Shown here: positions 18,627-28,739 of the stretch, piece after piece
Layout of the letters: each line of letters starts with the position of its first letter
Position numbering within the stretch: the stretch's first letter is position 1
Virus record (IMG/VR): IMGVR_UViG_2772190671_000001
Strand: one strand, 5' to 3'
From: an uncultured virus (IMG/VR IMGVR_UViG_2772190671_000001)
Taxonomy: Duplodnaviria > Heunggongvirae > Uroviricota > Caudoviricetes
DNA length: 64,000 nucleotides
Position numbers and translations under genes: made by a program
Notes under the pieces: generated by a model
Database searches by the model: none
What the model was told of the DNA's origin: nothing
The model's input: only the letters and a program-made list of their open reading frames with translations

Positions 18627-19070
18627 TTACCGGTTCGCGGCGGGCCTTCCGAAGACGGCCGCCAACTGCTTTGCCCCGGAGCCGTGCTTGCCACCGAAGC
18701 GGATGATGTTGGACTTCTTCTGTTCGACGCCCGGGCGCGGAATGGGGTCCGGCGGCTTCAGGCGGCCGGTCTTCTTCGGATCGCCTCCGAGCTTGACCGT
18801 GGCGAACGTGTTCTCCCGGATGGCGTCCACCGCGCTGGCCAGCAGTTGCCGCTCCAGCGTCCACGCGTCCTCTTCGGGGGTGGATCCGCGCACCGCCCGG
18901 GCGGTCGCCGAGTCTGGCGGCAGATACCGCAGGAAGACGCGCAGCTCACGCCACGACATCTCGCCGCGGTACAGCTCCAGCAGGGACCGGCCGGGCCAGT
19001 AGTGCGGGATGTCCCACTCGACAGCCTCCCCGTACTCCGCTAGGAAGCGGCGGAGGCCTCGGATTCCCCC
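18627..19070 (-). CDS. Tail assembly chaperone, frameshift (T) portion
   Basis: -1 frame opens at GGGGGAA and continues GIRGLRRFLAEYGEAVEWD. Confidence 0.8.
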   Translation of the reverse strand, partial: GGIRGLRRFLAEYGEAVEWDIPHYWPGRSLLELYRGEMSWRELRVFLRYLPPDSATARAVRGSTPEEDAWTLERQLLASAVDAIRENTFATVKLGGDPKKTGRLKPPDPIPRPGVEQKKSNIIRFGGKHGSGAKQLAAVFGRPAANR

Positions 19071-19378
19071 GCTTCGACACCGGAGCGCTTCTGCCATTCC
19101 TGGCCGATCAGCTCGATGTCGAGGAACGTGTATCCGGCCTTGTACATCTGCTGGACGGTGTCGACGCCGAGGACGTCCTTCAGGACACCGGTGATGTTGT
19201 TGAGGTCGCCAACACGTTCCTGCAGTTCGAACGGCAGGGAGCGGATCGGGGGCAGGGTGAACTCCACGCCGTGCAGCTCGAACGTGGTGGGCTCGGGCAG
19301 CGCGTCGCGCTTCTGCTTCGCCATGCTGTCGAGGGAGACAACCTGACGGCCGGGAGTGGTCTTCTTGCTGGTGGTCAT
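19040..19378 (-). CDS. Tail assembly chaperone (G)
   Basis: Between major tail and tape measure genes; ends ...VEAGESEASAAS. Confidence 0.85.
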   Translation of the reverse strand: MTTSKKTTPGRQVVSLDSMAKQKRDALPEPTTFELHGVEFTLPPIRSLPFELQERVGDLNNITGVLKDVLGVDTVQQMYKAGYTFLDIELIGQEWQKRSGVEAGESEASAAS

Positions 19379-19454
19379 GCTTGTTCTCCTTGCGGGTGTA
19401 GCGGGTTGAGGCCCGGCAGGCGCGACCCGCATGGCACGCCTGCCGGGAGTCTGA

Positions 19455-20018
19455 TTACGCCGCAGCGGCCCAGGCCGGGTCGTTGGACAGCCAGACCGCG
19501 ATCTCGGGGGCGGTGTCCGCGTAGGCGGAAACCGTCATCGGCAGGGACACGGCGCCCGAGCGGGCCAGGGTGATGCTGTCGCGGTTGGTGACCTCGCCGC
19601 GGGCGATGACGAGCCGGTTCTTGATGTCGCCGTCCACCCACTCCAGGCCGATGGCTCGCTCGTCCGGGCTGGGCGCGGCCGGGATGGACAGTTTGTGCAC
19701 GCCCGTCGTGACGTCTGTCATCGTCGACGACGGGAAGTACAGGGTGACCGTCGACGTCTTCAGTTCGATCGCGGTGAAGCCGAGCGTCATGTCGACGCCG
19801 GTGAGCACCTTGCGGACCGGGGACAGGCTCTGCCAGGCGTTGATGTCCTCGGTCTCCGTCGAGTACGACATCTCCACGCCGTCGTCCGACAGGTAGCCGA
19901 GATCCACCCAGCCCGCGGCCCACGCGGTGTCCAGATCTGTCGGTGCGGTCGTGCCCTTCGGGGCGATGTAGATGGAGCCGTTGAGCCCCACGCGCACGTT
20001 GTCGGCGTCATTCGCCAT
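19455..20018 (-). CDS. Major tail protein
   Basis: IYIAPKGTTAPT...WVDLGYLSDDGVEM...INAWQ. Confidence 0.9.
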   Translation of the reverse strand: MANDADNVRVGLNGSIYIAPKGTTAPTDLDTAWAAGWVDLGYLSDDGVEMSYSTETEDINAWQSLSPVRKVLTGVDMTLGFTAIELKTSTVTLYFPSSTMTDVTTGVHKLSIPAAPSPDERAIGLEWVDGDIKNRLVIARGEVTNRDSITLARSGAVSLPMTVSAYADTAPEIAVWLSNDPAWAAAA

Positions 20019-20101
20019 CGGGTTGCCTCCAGGCATAGCGAGGACCCGCACGGCCAGACGCCGACGGGTGAATGGGTGAAGGGAGTGCGGGTTGGGTGCT
20101 G

Positions 20102-20524
20102 CTACGCGGGGCGGACCACCATGCTCATCACGAGCACGTAGCGGGGGATCGTGTCCGTCTCAGCGGACGGCGTGTAAGGCAGCCAAATCAGGGACGTCTC
20201 GTCCACGCCATAGATGCGGACGCCGTGCTGCGCGGTGCCCTGAGCGGCGATGAGATGCGCGGAGACGCTGGCGGCCAGGTCCCGGGCCTGCTTCTTCGTC
20301 GCGCCGAGGATGTCGATGTCGAGGGTGCGGTCCACGGTCACCGGCTTCTGCCGGGAGCCTCCACCGCCCAGCGTCACCGACACGATGCCCACGGCCAGCT
20401 TCGTGTCCCAACGGTCGGGCCACTCAGTCCCCACGACCGTGCCCGCAGGGAGCAGTGGTTTGAGATACTTCACGGCGGCCTGCTCGACGTCCGGCATGGC
20501 CGCCACTTGCAGGCCGCCGCTCAC
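20102..20524 (-). CDS. Tail terminator-like protein
   Basis: Position and size; MPDVEQAAVKYL. Confidence 0.7.
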   Translation of the reverse strand: MSGGLQVAAMPDVEQAAVKYLKPLLPAGTVVGTEWPDRWDTKLAVGIVSVTLGGGGSRQKPVTVDRTLDIDILGATKKQARDLAASVSAHLIAAQGTAQHGVRIYGVDETSLIWLPYTPSAETDTIPRYVLVMSMVVRPA

Positions 20525-20754
20525 CGCTTCCTACGTCCCGGCTGCGCAGCCTCGTGGCCGGCGTCGACAGCGTTCTCCGGTTGGGCCGGGTTCTCGGCGA
20601 CCGGCGCTGGCGCCTGCTCCTCTTGCAGCGTCTCTCGTTCGGGCTGGGCGACGAGGCCGTCCCGGCGCAGCGCCTTCGCGGTCACCTCGTCGACGTCGAT
20701 GGTCTCGCCGGGAGCCTTGTCCCCGTACCAGTGGGCGAGCGTGATCTGGGGCAT
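20521..20754 (-). CDS. Small hypothetical protein
   Basis: Coupled ORF; PGETIDVDEVTAKALRRDG. Confidence 0.65.
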   Translation of the reverse strand: MPQITLAHWYGDKAPGETIDVDEVTAKALRRDGLVAQPERETLQEEQAPAPVAENPAQPENAVDAGHEAAQPGRRKR

Positions 20755-21131
20755 CAGGTGCTCCTCAGCGAATCCAGGGCGCGTCCCAGCGGGCGCGCCT
20801 TCGGGGACCAGCCCGCCTGCGGGCGGTCGCGGGAAGAGGCGGGGCGGCCGGTACCGAATTCGACCTGCAGGGTCCAGTCGGCGGTGGCCCCGAACTCGGC
20901 CCGCCAGCCGTTCGGGGCCATGCTCGCCGCCGAGTACACGCTCGCCGCGTACTCGCCGTGCCGCTGCACCGCCGGGTCGTAAGTGGGGCCCGTGTACTTG
21001 GGGGCGATCGCCCGGGTCACGCTGGCGCCGCGCTCGGCGACATCGCTGAGCGCGTCCCGCATCTGCGACGAGCGGGCCAGCTCGTCGTACAGGCCCGGGT
21101 TGGGGACGAAACGAAACGAGGTGCGGGCCAT
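20754..21131 (-). CDS. HK97 gp10-like neck protein
   Basis: VEFGT...ARPLGRALD motif. Confidence 0.75.
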   Translation of the reverse strand: MARTSFRFVPNPGLYDELARSSQMRDALSDVAERGASVTRAIAPKYTGPTYDPAVQRHGEYAASVYSAASMAPNGWRAEFGATADWTLQVEFGTGRPASSRDRPQAGWSPKARPLGRALDSLRST

Positions 21132-21469
21132 CACGCCACCTCCCGCAGATCGGCCTCGACGTGGTGCACTCCCCCGCCCGGCGCAGGCCAGCGGGCCACC
21201 TTGCCGATGACCTGCATCGTCGTGCCCCACGCTTCGACCCGGTCGGTCTCGCGCAGGTCGACGTCCATGCCGCGCGGCGTGTACAGCCGCCAGCCCGTCA
21301 CGACGACCTGCTTGTCCTCGGTGTCCTCGGTCGAGCCGCCGTTCGGCTGCACGTTCACCCCGGACACCGTGATCCGGGTGGCTCCCTCGCCCCAGTCGGC
21401 TTGCTCGTTGCCGTAGTCGTCCTCAACCGTGCTGGGCCGGACGATGACGATCGACTGCATATACAGCAT
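21131..21469 (-). CDS. Head-to-tail stopper
   Basis: DDYGN...VQP...HHVEADL pattern. Confidence 0.8.
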   Translation of the reverse strand: MLYMQSIVIVRPSTVEDDYGNEQADWGEGATRITVSGVNVQPNGGSTEDTEDKQVVVTGWRLYTPRGMDVDLRETDRVEAWGTTMQVIGKVARWPAPGGGVHHVEADLREVA

Positions 21470-22077
21470 CAGCAGCTCCGCAGCCGCACGGTGCCCGAGG
21501 CGGGACGGTAGCGGCGCAAAGCCCGCTTCTCCAGCTCGCTCAGCAGCACACCCAGCGCCTCGCCACCATTCGGCACCAGGTAGGTGACGGACTCACCGCC
21601 CACCGTCTCAGACCGCAGGCCGCCGGGATTCACGATGACCCGGTTCGCGGCCTGCAGCACGATCGCCTTGATGTCGCCCGGGACTTCCTCCCAGCCGTGC
21701 GTGTAGGTGACCGTGACCTGCGGCGGTCGGTGCGCGACGGGAGGCCCGTCCCACGCCCACGAACGAAGCAGCAGATCACTGCCGTCCTGCCACCAGTCCG
21801 AGGTCTCGACCTCATTGACCGAAACCGTGTCGATGCCGACGACCGGACGTTGCGGTAGCGTCACCACGCCACCGCACCGGTGCAGAAGCGGGTCCGCGCG
21901 GCGCATCGTGAACGTGTCCGTCGTTGTCGCCCGGGTGATGTGCTGGCGGAGGTAGGCGCGAACCACCGCGGACGCCTGCTCCAAAAGTGCCTGCGCCTGC
22001 GCTTCCTGCTCTGGGGTGAAGGTGCGGCCCAGGAGGGTGGCGAGGTCGGCCACCGTAGCCAGCGGCGGCAATGGCAT
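21469..22077 (-). CDS. Head-to-tail adaptor
   Basis: LATVADLA...VTYTHGW...SETVGGESVTY. Confidence 0.85.
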   Translation of the reverse strand: MPLPPLATVADLATLLGRTFTPEQEAQAQALLEQASAVVRAYLRQHITRATTTDTFTMRRADPLLHRCGGVVTLPQRPVVGIDTVSVNEVETSDWWQDGSDLLLRSWAWDGPPVAHRPPQVTVTYTHGWEEVPGDIKAIVLQAANRVIVNPGGLRSETVGGESVTYLVPNGGEALGVLLSELEKRALRRYRPASGTVRLRSC

Positions 22078-22092
22078 GGTGGCCTCCCCTCG

Positions 22093-22320
22093 TCAGCGTC
22101 GTCGGGCGTCGTCGTCCAGCTGCTGCCGGACCTCGCGCGCGTGGCCGGCGTCCGTCTCCGGGGTCGGCTTGCCGGCCAGGACGCCCGCCACGGTGTAGTT
22201 CTCCTTGGGCGTGGGGTCCACCGGGACCCCGATGTAGCCCTTGTCCTCCGCCTCATCGACGGCCTTCTGTACGTCTGCCTGCGCCTCGTCCTTCGGCGCG
22301 GCGGTCTTCCGCTCAGCCAT
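22093..22320 (-). CDS. Small capsid-associated hypothetical protein
   Basis: RBS; MAERKTAAPKDE...ENYTVAGVLAGKPTPETD. Confidence 0.65.
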   Translation of the reverse strand: MAERKTAAPKDEAQADVQKAVDEAEDKGYIGVPVDPTPKENYTVAGVLAGKPTPETDAGHAREVRQQLDDDARRR

Positions 22321-22331
22321 GGATCTGCTCC

Positions 22332-22739
22332 TCAGCTCCTGGAGATGGTCACCCGGACGACGCCGCCCGGGTCGGTGATGCCGGTGCCGACCGCGACGGA
22401 ACGCCACAGCAGGGTGTCCCCCGCGGCGAGGACGAGGCTCGCCGCAGTGCCCGACAGGGTGATGGTCCGCTCGTTGTTCGCCGCGGCAGTCACGCTGCCG
22501 CTGTCGAAGGCGAGCGACGCCACGGTCGTGCTGCCGGATCCTGCCTGGCCCTTGTTGACCACGGAGAAGGTCCGGTGGTTGGTGGCGGCGCCGGTGATGG
22601 CCGCCTCGGCCACGTACTCGACGCCGGTGACGGTGCAATCGAACGGCGCCTGGCCGAGCACGGTGTCGTCGGAGGCGTTCGCGGTCGATACCGCGGGGAC
22701 GTTCCGCTCGATGACCTGCACGTAGGGAGCAGTCGTCAT
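22332..22739 (-). CDS. Putative capsid decoration protein
   Basis: Beta-rich 135 aa directly after capsid gene. Confidence 0.6.
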   Translation of the reverse strand: MTTAPYVQVIERNVPAVSTANASDDTVLGQAPFDCTVTGVEYVAEAAITGAATNHRTFSVVNKGQAGSGSTTVASLAFDSGSVTAAANNERTITLSGTAASLVLAAGDTLLWRSVAVGTGITDPGGVVRVTISRS

Positions 22740-22767
22740 GGTGATGTCCTCTCTTCCTCAGTGCGGG

Positions 22768-23718
22768 TCAGTACTTCAGGACGGCGGCCGGGTAGCGGTC
22801 GGCCTCGGTGGCCTGCTCGTTGTTGAGCGGGTTGGAGACCTGCCAGCCCACGCGGAAGGTGAGGCGCACGGCCGTCATGTCCTGCTGCGCGAGGTTGAAC
22901 ATGATCGCGCCGGTGTTGTCCTGGATGACGGCCTGGTCGAGGATCTTCATGGTGATGTCCTGGCGAACGCCGAGGACGAACTGGCTGAAGTCCCCGCCGA
23001 ACAGCCGGATGTTGGTGCCCGCGCCGCCGCCGGCCGGGAACAGGCCCTTCATGGCGTAGGCGACCGGCAGGCCGTCGAGGGTTCCGAGGTCGCCGCTCAC
23101 GCGGGTCTCGTCCAGCTTGCGGCCCTGGGTGTCGCGGGCCTTGCGGAGCTTCGACTTGGCCGCGGTCGAGGCGACCCAGCCGTCGATCTCGTAGCCGTCA
23201 GCCTCGACCTTCTCGTACAGGTTGTCCAGGTCGCCGAAGAACCCGCCCTGCGCGGCGGTCGCGGCCTCCGTGACGCTGTTGCCCGCAGCAGTCGCCGCGG
23301 TCGTAACGTCCGACGGCCAGCTGGACGGCGCGTTCGTGCCGAAGAACACCGCGGCGTCCAGAGTGCGACCGAACGCCTCGGTGAGCAGAGGCATCGCCTC
23401 GTCCCAGATGTTGGCGTCCACGTCGGCCAGGACGTTGTCCGGGACCGGCATGATCGTGGCGATCTCCTCGATGTTGAGGAACTTGTTCTGCCAGGCGATC
23501 TCCGTGGTCTGCTTCAGACCCGTGTCGCCACCCACGAAGTACGCCACCGGCAGGGCCGACAGGACCGGGAAGCGGACCTGCGCACGGCCCACCGGTACCC
23601 GGCGGAACAGCGACAGGGCCGCGGACTGCTCCGTGGCCTTGCCGAGCATCTCGGTGGAGACTTCCTCGGGGATGAGCGCCGCGGCGTCCGTCCGGGAAGT
23701 CACGTTGTTGTAGGCCAT
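22768..23718 (-). CDS. Major capsid protein (HK97 fold)
   Basis: LIPEEVSTEML...LRKARDTQGR...FGGDFSQ...NLAQQDMTAVR. Confidence 0.93.
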   Translation of the reverse strand: MAYNNVTSRTDAAALIPEEVSTEMLGKATEQSAALSLFRRVPVGRAQVRFPVLSALPVAYFVGGDTGLKQTTEIAWQNKFLNIEEIATIMPVPDNVLADVDANIWDEAMPLLTEAFGRTLDAAVFFGTNAPSSWPSDVTTAATAAGNSVTEAATAAQGGFFGDLDNLYEKVEADGYEIDGWVASTAAKSKLRKARDTQGRKLDETRVSGDLGTLDGLPVAYAMKGLFPAGGGAGTNIRLFGGDFSQFVLGVRQDITMKILDQAVIQDNTGAIMFNLAQQDMTAVRLTFRVGWQVSNPLNNEQATEADRYPAAVLKY

Positions 23719-23772
23719 GGTCCGGCCTCCTCCTGGATTTGAGCCGGCCGGACCGTTCCGTGCCGGGGTGGG

Positions 23773-24267
23773 TCAGCCCAGACCCGCCTTCTGGCGGATC
23801 AGGGAGTTCATATCGGTCGGGGCGGGCGCCGGTTTGCGCACACCGCCGTCGTAGCTGGGCGAGTTGGCCTGCTGCTGGGCCCCCAGAACCTCCAGGAGGG
23901 CATCCGCATCGGCGGCCATCTCCTCCTCGGTGGAGCCGCGCAGGCGCACGGCCAGCGAGGCGGGGAGTTTCTTGTCCGCGGCGATGCGGTAGCGCATCAG
24001 CTCCTGGCGGGCGTCAGCCGCATCCTTCTCGGCTGCCGCCTTTGCCTCGGCGAGCTTCTGAGCCTCGCTCTTGTCGCGGTCCTCAAAGGCCTGCAGTCGT
24101 TTCTGCAGCTCGGTCAGTTCCTTCTGCGCGGCCCGCTTCTCTCGGCGCTCGGCCTCGAGCGCCTTCTTCCCGCCGTCACCCAGCCCCTCCTCTCCCTGCG
24201 ACGTGGGCGCCTCGGAGACCGTCGCGGTCTCGTCCGGTCCCGGTGCGGGGGTGTTCTCGTCAGCCAT
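23773..24267 (-). CDS. Scaffolding protein
   Basis: GKKALEAER...RLRGSTEEEMAADADAL; upstream of capsid gene. Confidence 0.9.
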   Translation of the reverse strand: MADENTPAPGPDETATVSEAPTSQGEEGLGDGGKKALEAERREKRAAQKELTELQKRLQAFEDRDKSEAQKLAEAKAAAEKDAADARQELMRYRIAADKKLPASLAVRLRGSTEEEMAADADALLEVLGAQQQANSPSYDGGVRKPAPAPTDMNSLIRQKAGLG

Positions 24268-24311
24268 CGCGGCTGTCCTTCCAATCGCCCCGCCCTCGCG
24301 GCAGGGAAGCC

Positions 24312-25298
24312 TCAGACGATGTAGCCGTAACGGCGCAGCAGCCGCTGCTGGTCGGCCCGGTCGTCCGCGATACGCAAAATCTCCTCTGGCATCAGGCGCG
24401 GCGTCGTCGAGCGTGCGTACCGCTGCCCGGGAACCCTCGCGAAGCCGCCTCCCGCGCGACGCATCCGCCGCCCGTACAGGCCGCGCCGGGTGACACCTTC
24501 CGACGTCACCCGGAGATCCCTTCCGTGCAGGTGGGCCTGGTTCATGCCGCGCCGGGCGTTGACGACCTGCCCGATGTCCGCGCCCTGCCCGATCGCCTCC
24601 GCGCCCGCGGCGCCGAACACCCGGCGCCGCTCAGCTGCGGACATCGAGGCGGTGAGCCGTTCCGGGGACTGGACGCCGCTCCAGTCCCGCTCGCGCAAGG
24701 GAACGGTCTGGCAGTCACAGTTCGGATGACGCAGAAAACCTTCGCTGTACGAGTACTGCTGGCCGGCCAGCACGATGCACCGCGCGCACGCGGGGAGCGT
24801 CACCACCCGGGTGTAGGCCACGCACTGGCGGTCGGCCACCATGGCGACCTGCGCGGAAGAGCGTGCAGTGTCGGAGATCGATGTGGCCGCATAGCGGGCC
24901 ATGTCCGCCAAGCCGCCGATCATCGCCTGTTCGCCGGTCATCCCAGCGGTAAGACGCCGCCGCACGCCGATCGCCGGCAGGAACAGCAGCGTCTCCAAAG
25001 GGCCGCCGTCCGGAGCGATGCCCGCGAACGCCTCCGCCACCAACAGGGCTTCCGGCACGGCAGTGCCGCCCTGCTCGGCCATCGCGCCGGCGACAAACGC
25101 CTGAGCTCCCTCGGCGACCGTCAGCTGCCCCGCCACAACCGCCGCCACGATCGCGGCGCCCGCTTCGCCTTCCAGGTCCGAGGCGATCGTCGCGGCCGAC
25201 ATGCCGCGCCATAGCTGCTGGATCAGCGCCAACAGGGACCGGGTGACCGTCGTGACCTGCCGGTAGCGGGCCGCTGCCAGCTCAGAGGCCGTCGCCAC
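24312..25298 (-). CDS. MuF-like minor capsid / head maturation protein
   Basis: YTRVVTLPACARC...FLRHPNCDC; between portal and scaffold. Confidence 0.8.
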   Translation of the reverse strand: MATASELAAARYRQVTTVTRSLLALIQQLWRGMSAATIASDLEGEAGAAIVAAVVAGQLTVAEGAQAFVAGAMAEQGGTAVPEALLVAEAFAGIAPDGGPLETLLFLPAIGVRRRLTAGMTGEQAMIGGLADMARYAATSISDTARSSAQVAMVADRQCVAYTRVVTLPACARCIVLAGQQYSYSEGFLRHPNCDCQTVPLRERDWSGVQSPERLTASMSAAERRRVFGAAGAEAIGQGADIGQVVNARRGMNQAHLHGRDLRVTSEGVTRRGLYGRRMRRAGGGFARVPGQRYARSTTPRLMPEEILRIADDRADQQRLLRRYGYIV

Positions 25299-26694
25299 CG
25301 GCCGCCTCCACGTTCACGGGACCCTCGGGTTTCGGCCCGTACAGGGCCGCGATGTCGCCGCCGACGATCCGCTCCGCCGCCTGGTCACGCAGCTGCGACC
25401 ACTGGGCGATCTCCGTCTGGGACGCACCCCAGCGCTCCCACAAAGCCTCGTGCGGCACGCCCAGAGTCGACATTTTCACCAGGGCGTCGACGAGTTCGCC
25501 CTCAGTGCGGAACTCCGGGTTGTGCCAGATCGTCTCAATCCTCGCCAGATCCCTGCCGTCGCCTGCAGCCTTCAGGGTGAGGCGGACAACCTCCTCCATA
25601 CCCTCGCCCAGTGGCCGCTGGCGCTGGCGGACCTTGCTGACCAGGCCGGACTCGGTCGCCTTGAGAGTCTCGCCGTTCACGTTGCTGAGCTGCCCCAGCA
25701 GATACTGCGCGGGCGTCCTCGTGCGAGCCGCCATGTGCTGGACATCAGCATCCACCGCCTTCAGGTACGGCGTCAGGTCCGTCGCCGAGAACTCCCCGAA
25801 CTTCACGTTCGGATCCTCAGCCACCCACAGGCGGTCGACCGCCGCCTTGAACGGCTCGATCGGCTGCCCGTTCTCGTCCTCCGGCAGTTCGTAGCCGGTG
25901 GCCCACCGCTGACGGAACGCGCTGAACTCCTGCGCCATCAGCCGGTCGATGAGCGTCTTGTTGATGCGGTCCTGAGTGTCGAGGACGTCCTCGATCTCGC
26001 TGTGGGCCTCGCCGAGCAGGTCCGGCCTGTTCGGCACTTCGACGAGCGGTACCGCGCCCAGCGGGTTCTTCGCCGGCCAGGGCTCGCCCTGGACCTCGCG
26101 CGCCACCCACTTGGGCTGGCCGATCACGCCATGCTTCGGCTTCGGGGCCCGGAATTTGTGGATCGCATCCGGCAGATAGACGGTGGCCATCAGCTCACCC
26201 GTCCAGTCGTCCTCCCAGCACTTGAGGCCCGCCGCGCGTTCGCGGCGGCTGCCGGGGCGGTACGCGACGATCGCCTGCGTAGCGTCCTCCGCCGTCACCA
26301 TCGGGGTCGTGGCGTCGTCCGGGTTGGGTGCCACAAGCATGAACGCCCGGCCGACCTTCACCGCTTCAGTGATCACAAGATCAGAGTCGGCGTCCAGGTT
26401 GTTCGCCTGCCAGATCCTCCACGCCTCCGGATCTCCGGCCTCCGCATCCCCCAGCCGGAACCCGTCGATCTGCATGCGCTCCGCCGTCGCATCGACGACC
26501 AGGCCCACATAGTTCGACCGGGCCTGCCGCAGGAGCCGCTGGAATGCGACGCGGGCCTTGTCCTGGATCATCGGCAGCGGATGGTCGCCGCAGCAGTACT
26601 GGCGCATCAGCTCCACGTACTTGCGGCGCTCCTGCAGTTCGTCCCACAGTCGCTCCAGCCACCACAACGCAGACTCGACGGGATGCTGCGCCAC
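25282..26694 (-). CDS. Portal protein (SPP1 gp6-like, actinophage type)
   Basis: NYVGLVVDATAERMQIDGF...WRIWQANNLDA...AFRQRWATG. Confidence 0.93.
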   Translation of the reverse strand: MAQHPVESALWWLERLWDELQERRKYVELMRQYCCGDHPLPMIQDKARVAFQRLLRQARSNYVGLVVDATAERMQIDGFRLGDAEAGDPEAWRIWQANNLDADSDLVITEAVKVGRAFMLVAPNPDDATTPMVTAEDATQAIVAYRPGSRRERAAGLKCWEDDWTGELMATVYLPDAIHKFRAPKPKHGVIGQPKWVAREVQGEPWPAKNPLGAVPLVEVPNRPDLLGEAHSEIEDVLDTQDRINKTLIDRLMAQEFSAFRQRWATGYELPEDENGQPIEPFKAAVDRLWVAEDPNVKFGEFSATDLTPYLKAVDADVQHMAARTRTPAQYLLGQLSNVNGETLKATESGLVSKVRQRQRPLGEGMEEVVRLTLKAAGDGRDLARIETIWHNPEFRTEGELVDALVKMSTLGVPHEALWERWGASQTEIAQWSQLRDQAAERIVGGDIAALYGPKPEGPVNVEAAGGDGL

Positions 26695-26710
26695 CAGGCA
26701 CCCCCTCACG

Positions 26711-28282
26711 TCAGAAACCGACTACACGTCGCTTCCGTTTCCTGGTCAGTCCCGCCGCGACCGCGTCCATCGCCGCCTCATGGGCGAGGACGCTGCACAC
26801 CGCGAGGTCGATCTTCTGGTGGACGGATGCCTTACGCAGCACGTACCGGCCCGCCGGGCGGGCTGCTTTCCGGGCGTTCGCCACATGCTGGGCTGCGAGA
26901 TCGCAGCCGTCGTGCCGCCACGTCGAATCCTTCTTCGTGACGTCCGTGACGAGCCGCTGGCACGCCTCATGCATCTGCTTGATCCGGTTCGTGTACCAGT
27001 CGACAACCCGCTTGTCTCCGTACCGGCTCGCCCAGGTGTCGACCTCGGAGTCCCAGTACGGCGGGTCGCAGTACATGCGCACCACGTCGAAGCGGTCCAT
27101 CAGCTCATCAACCGCGGCGTCGACCTCCAGGCGCGGCGCCTGGCCGCCCCACTCCGCCGGATTCCACACCGTCGGCAGCCCATCCGGCCCATACACCGGG
27201 GTGAACTGGAACCCGTCCAGGGTCTCCGCCCGGATGCCCGTCCAGTCGTCCACGTCGGAGCCGTCGAAGCCGAGCACAATCCGTGTCCCGTCCGGGACTT
27301 CCTCCAGCCCCAGCCGGGCCATCCAGCGGTCCCGGTCGATGAACGCGGCCGTGCCGGCCACGATCCGGTTCATGTAGAACCGCTCCGCCTGCGCCGGATC
27401 CTTCTCCGCGATCTCCACCAGCTCGCCGTCGATGCGGTCCAGATCAACCCACCCGCCGGCGAGGACGGAGGAATCGCCGTAGGCGTGCCGCAGCGCCTTG
27501 TGCCGCTCCCGCTTGTTCGCCAGCGACGCCGGCGCCGGGACCCGGTGGTCGCGGTACACGTCCTTCACCGCGGCCTCGGCGGTGCGCTGCGCCACGCTCT
27601 GCTCGGATGGATCCCACGCGTTCGTCGTCTCCACCGCGCGGCCACCGGTCCCGGACAGGTTCCGGCGCTGGGTCTCGGCGAGCTTCCAACCGCCGTTCGC
27701 CTCCAGCCAGGAATGCGTCTCGTCCTGCACCGCGAACGTGATCCGCTGGCCGAGACGGGCCCGGCCCGAGCTGGTGACCGGCTCGATACGGCCGCCGCCC
27801 GGCACATTGATGCGGGTCTCACCCGTATCCGGGATGAGGTCCGCGAGCGGCCCCTCGTCGATCATCGGGACCAGGGCGCGGTACACGTTGTCCGTCTGAT
27901 CCTCGGAGGTGGCTGCGATCTGGATCCATGGTGTCTCCCACGCACGACCCACCGGCTCCCCAGAGGCATCCCAGCCGGCGAACCGCACCGGGCCAGCCGC
28001 CTCCGCGCACACCATCGCACACGTCAGCGGACCCTTGCCCCACTTCTGCGGACGCACCAGCTGCGAGCGACGGAAGTGCCAGGCAGACCGCCATGTCCCC
28101 TCCGTTGCGTCCTCGCGCAGCCGGTAATGCCACGCCAGGAACCGCCACATCTCATCCGTCAGCAGGTACGGCTCGCCGATGTCATCCCCGTCAGGGACCA
28201 CACAATGCCCCTCGATCCACTCGCCGACCAGCCAGCCCAGCGTCGGGAACTCGCCCGGATGGTCAGGACCCCGCCACGGCAT
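26711..28282 (-). CDS. terL: Terminase large subunit
   Basis: Walker A RPQKWGKG, Walker B AVQDETH, nuclease LGFDGSDVDD and KIDLAV. Confidence 0.95.
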   Translation of the reverse strand: MPWRGPDHPGEFPTLGWLVGEWIEGHCVVPDGDDIGEPYLLTDEMWRFLAWHYRLREDATEGTWRSAWHFRRSQLVRPQKWGKGPLTCAMVCAEAAGPVRFAGWDASGEPVGRAWETPWIQIAATSEDQTDNVYRALVPMIDEGPLADLIPDTGETRINVPGGGRIEPVTSSGRARLGQRITFAVQDETHSWLEANGGWKLAETQRRNLSGTGGRAVETTNAWDPSEQSVAQRTAEAAVKDVYRDHRVPAPASLANKRERHKALRHAYGDSSVLAGGWVDLDRIDGELVEIAEKDPAQAERFYMNRIVAGTAAFIDRDRWMARLGLEEVPDGTRIVLGFDGSDVDDWTGIRAETLDGFQFTPVYGPDGLPTVWNPAEWGGQAPRLEVDAAVDELMDRFDVVRMYCDPPYWDSEVDTWASRYGDKRVVDWYTNRIKQMHEACQRLVTDVTKKDSTWRHDGCDLAAQHVANARKAARPAGRYVLRKASVHQKIDLAVCSVLAHEAAMDAVAAGLTRKRKRRVVGF

Positions 28283-28739
28283 CCGAGTCGACCACCTTCA
28301 GCCGCTGACGGGCCGACTTCCGCGCCTGCACCGTCCGTTCCTGACGCTGCTCGCCCACCTCATCCGCCGCGACCTCCCAGCGCAGCCTCAGCATTGCCTG
28401 CGGCGACAACCCCAGCCGGTCCTCCAGCAGCCGGGCCTCGGCGCCGGCCTTCAGATCCCCGGTCTCCGCCTGCACCTCGAACCGCACGTACCGCGCGACC
28501 GTCCGCGTCCAGCGCATTCGCTCCCATGCCACCGCCTGCGGCGTCTCCCACAGGTCCGCCCACAGACCCGCCTCCCGCTCCTGCAGGATCACCGACAGGC
28601 CCTCATCGTCGGATGGAAGCGGAGGAAGCGGCCACTCTGGGGCGGGTCCGCGGCGGCCTTCGGCCGGCAGTTGCGTCATCGCGACTGTGGCATTGCGGCG
28701 CCGCCGCTCACCGGCGGCCTTCGGAGGAGGTCCAGGCAT
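28263..28739 (-). CDS. terS: Terminase small subunit
   Basis: MPGPPPK...WADLWETPQAVAW...EDRLGLSPQAMLRLRW. Confidence 0.9.
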   Translation of the reverse strand: MPGPPPKAAGERRRRNATVAMTQLPAEGRRGPAPEWPLPPLPSDDEGLSVILQEREAGLWADLWETPQAVAWERMRWTRTVARYVRFEVQAETGDLKAGAEARLLEDRLGLSPQAMLRLRWEVAADEVGEQRQERTVQARKSARQRLKVVDSDAVAGS

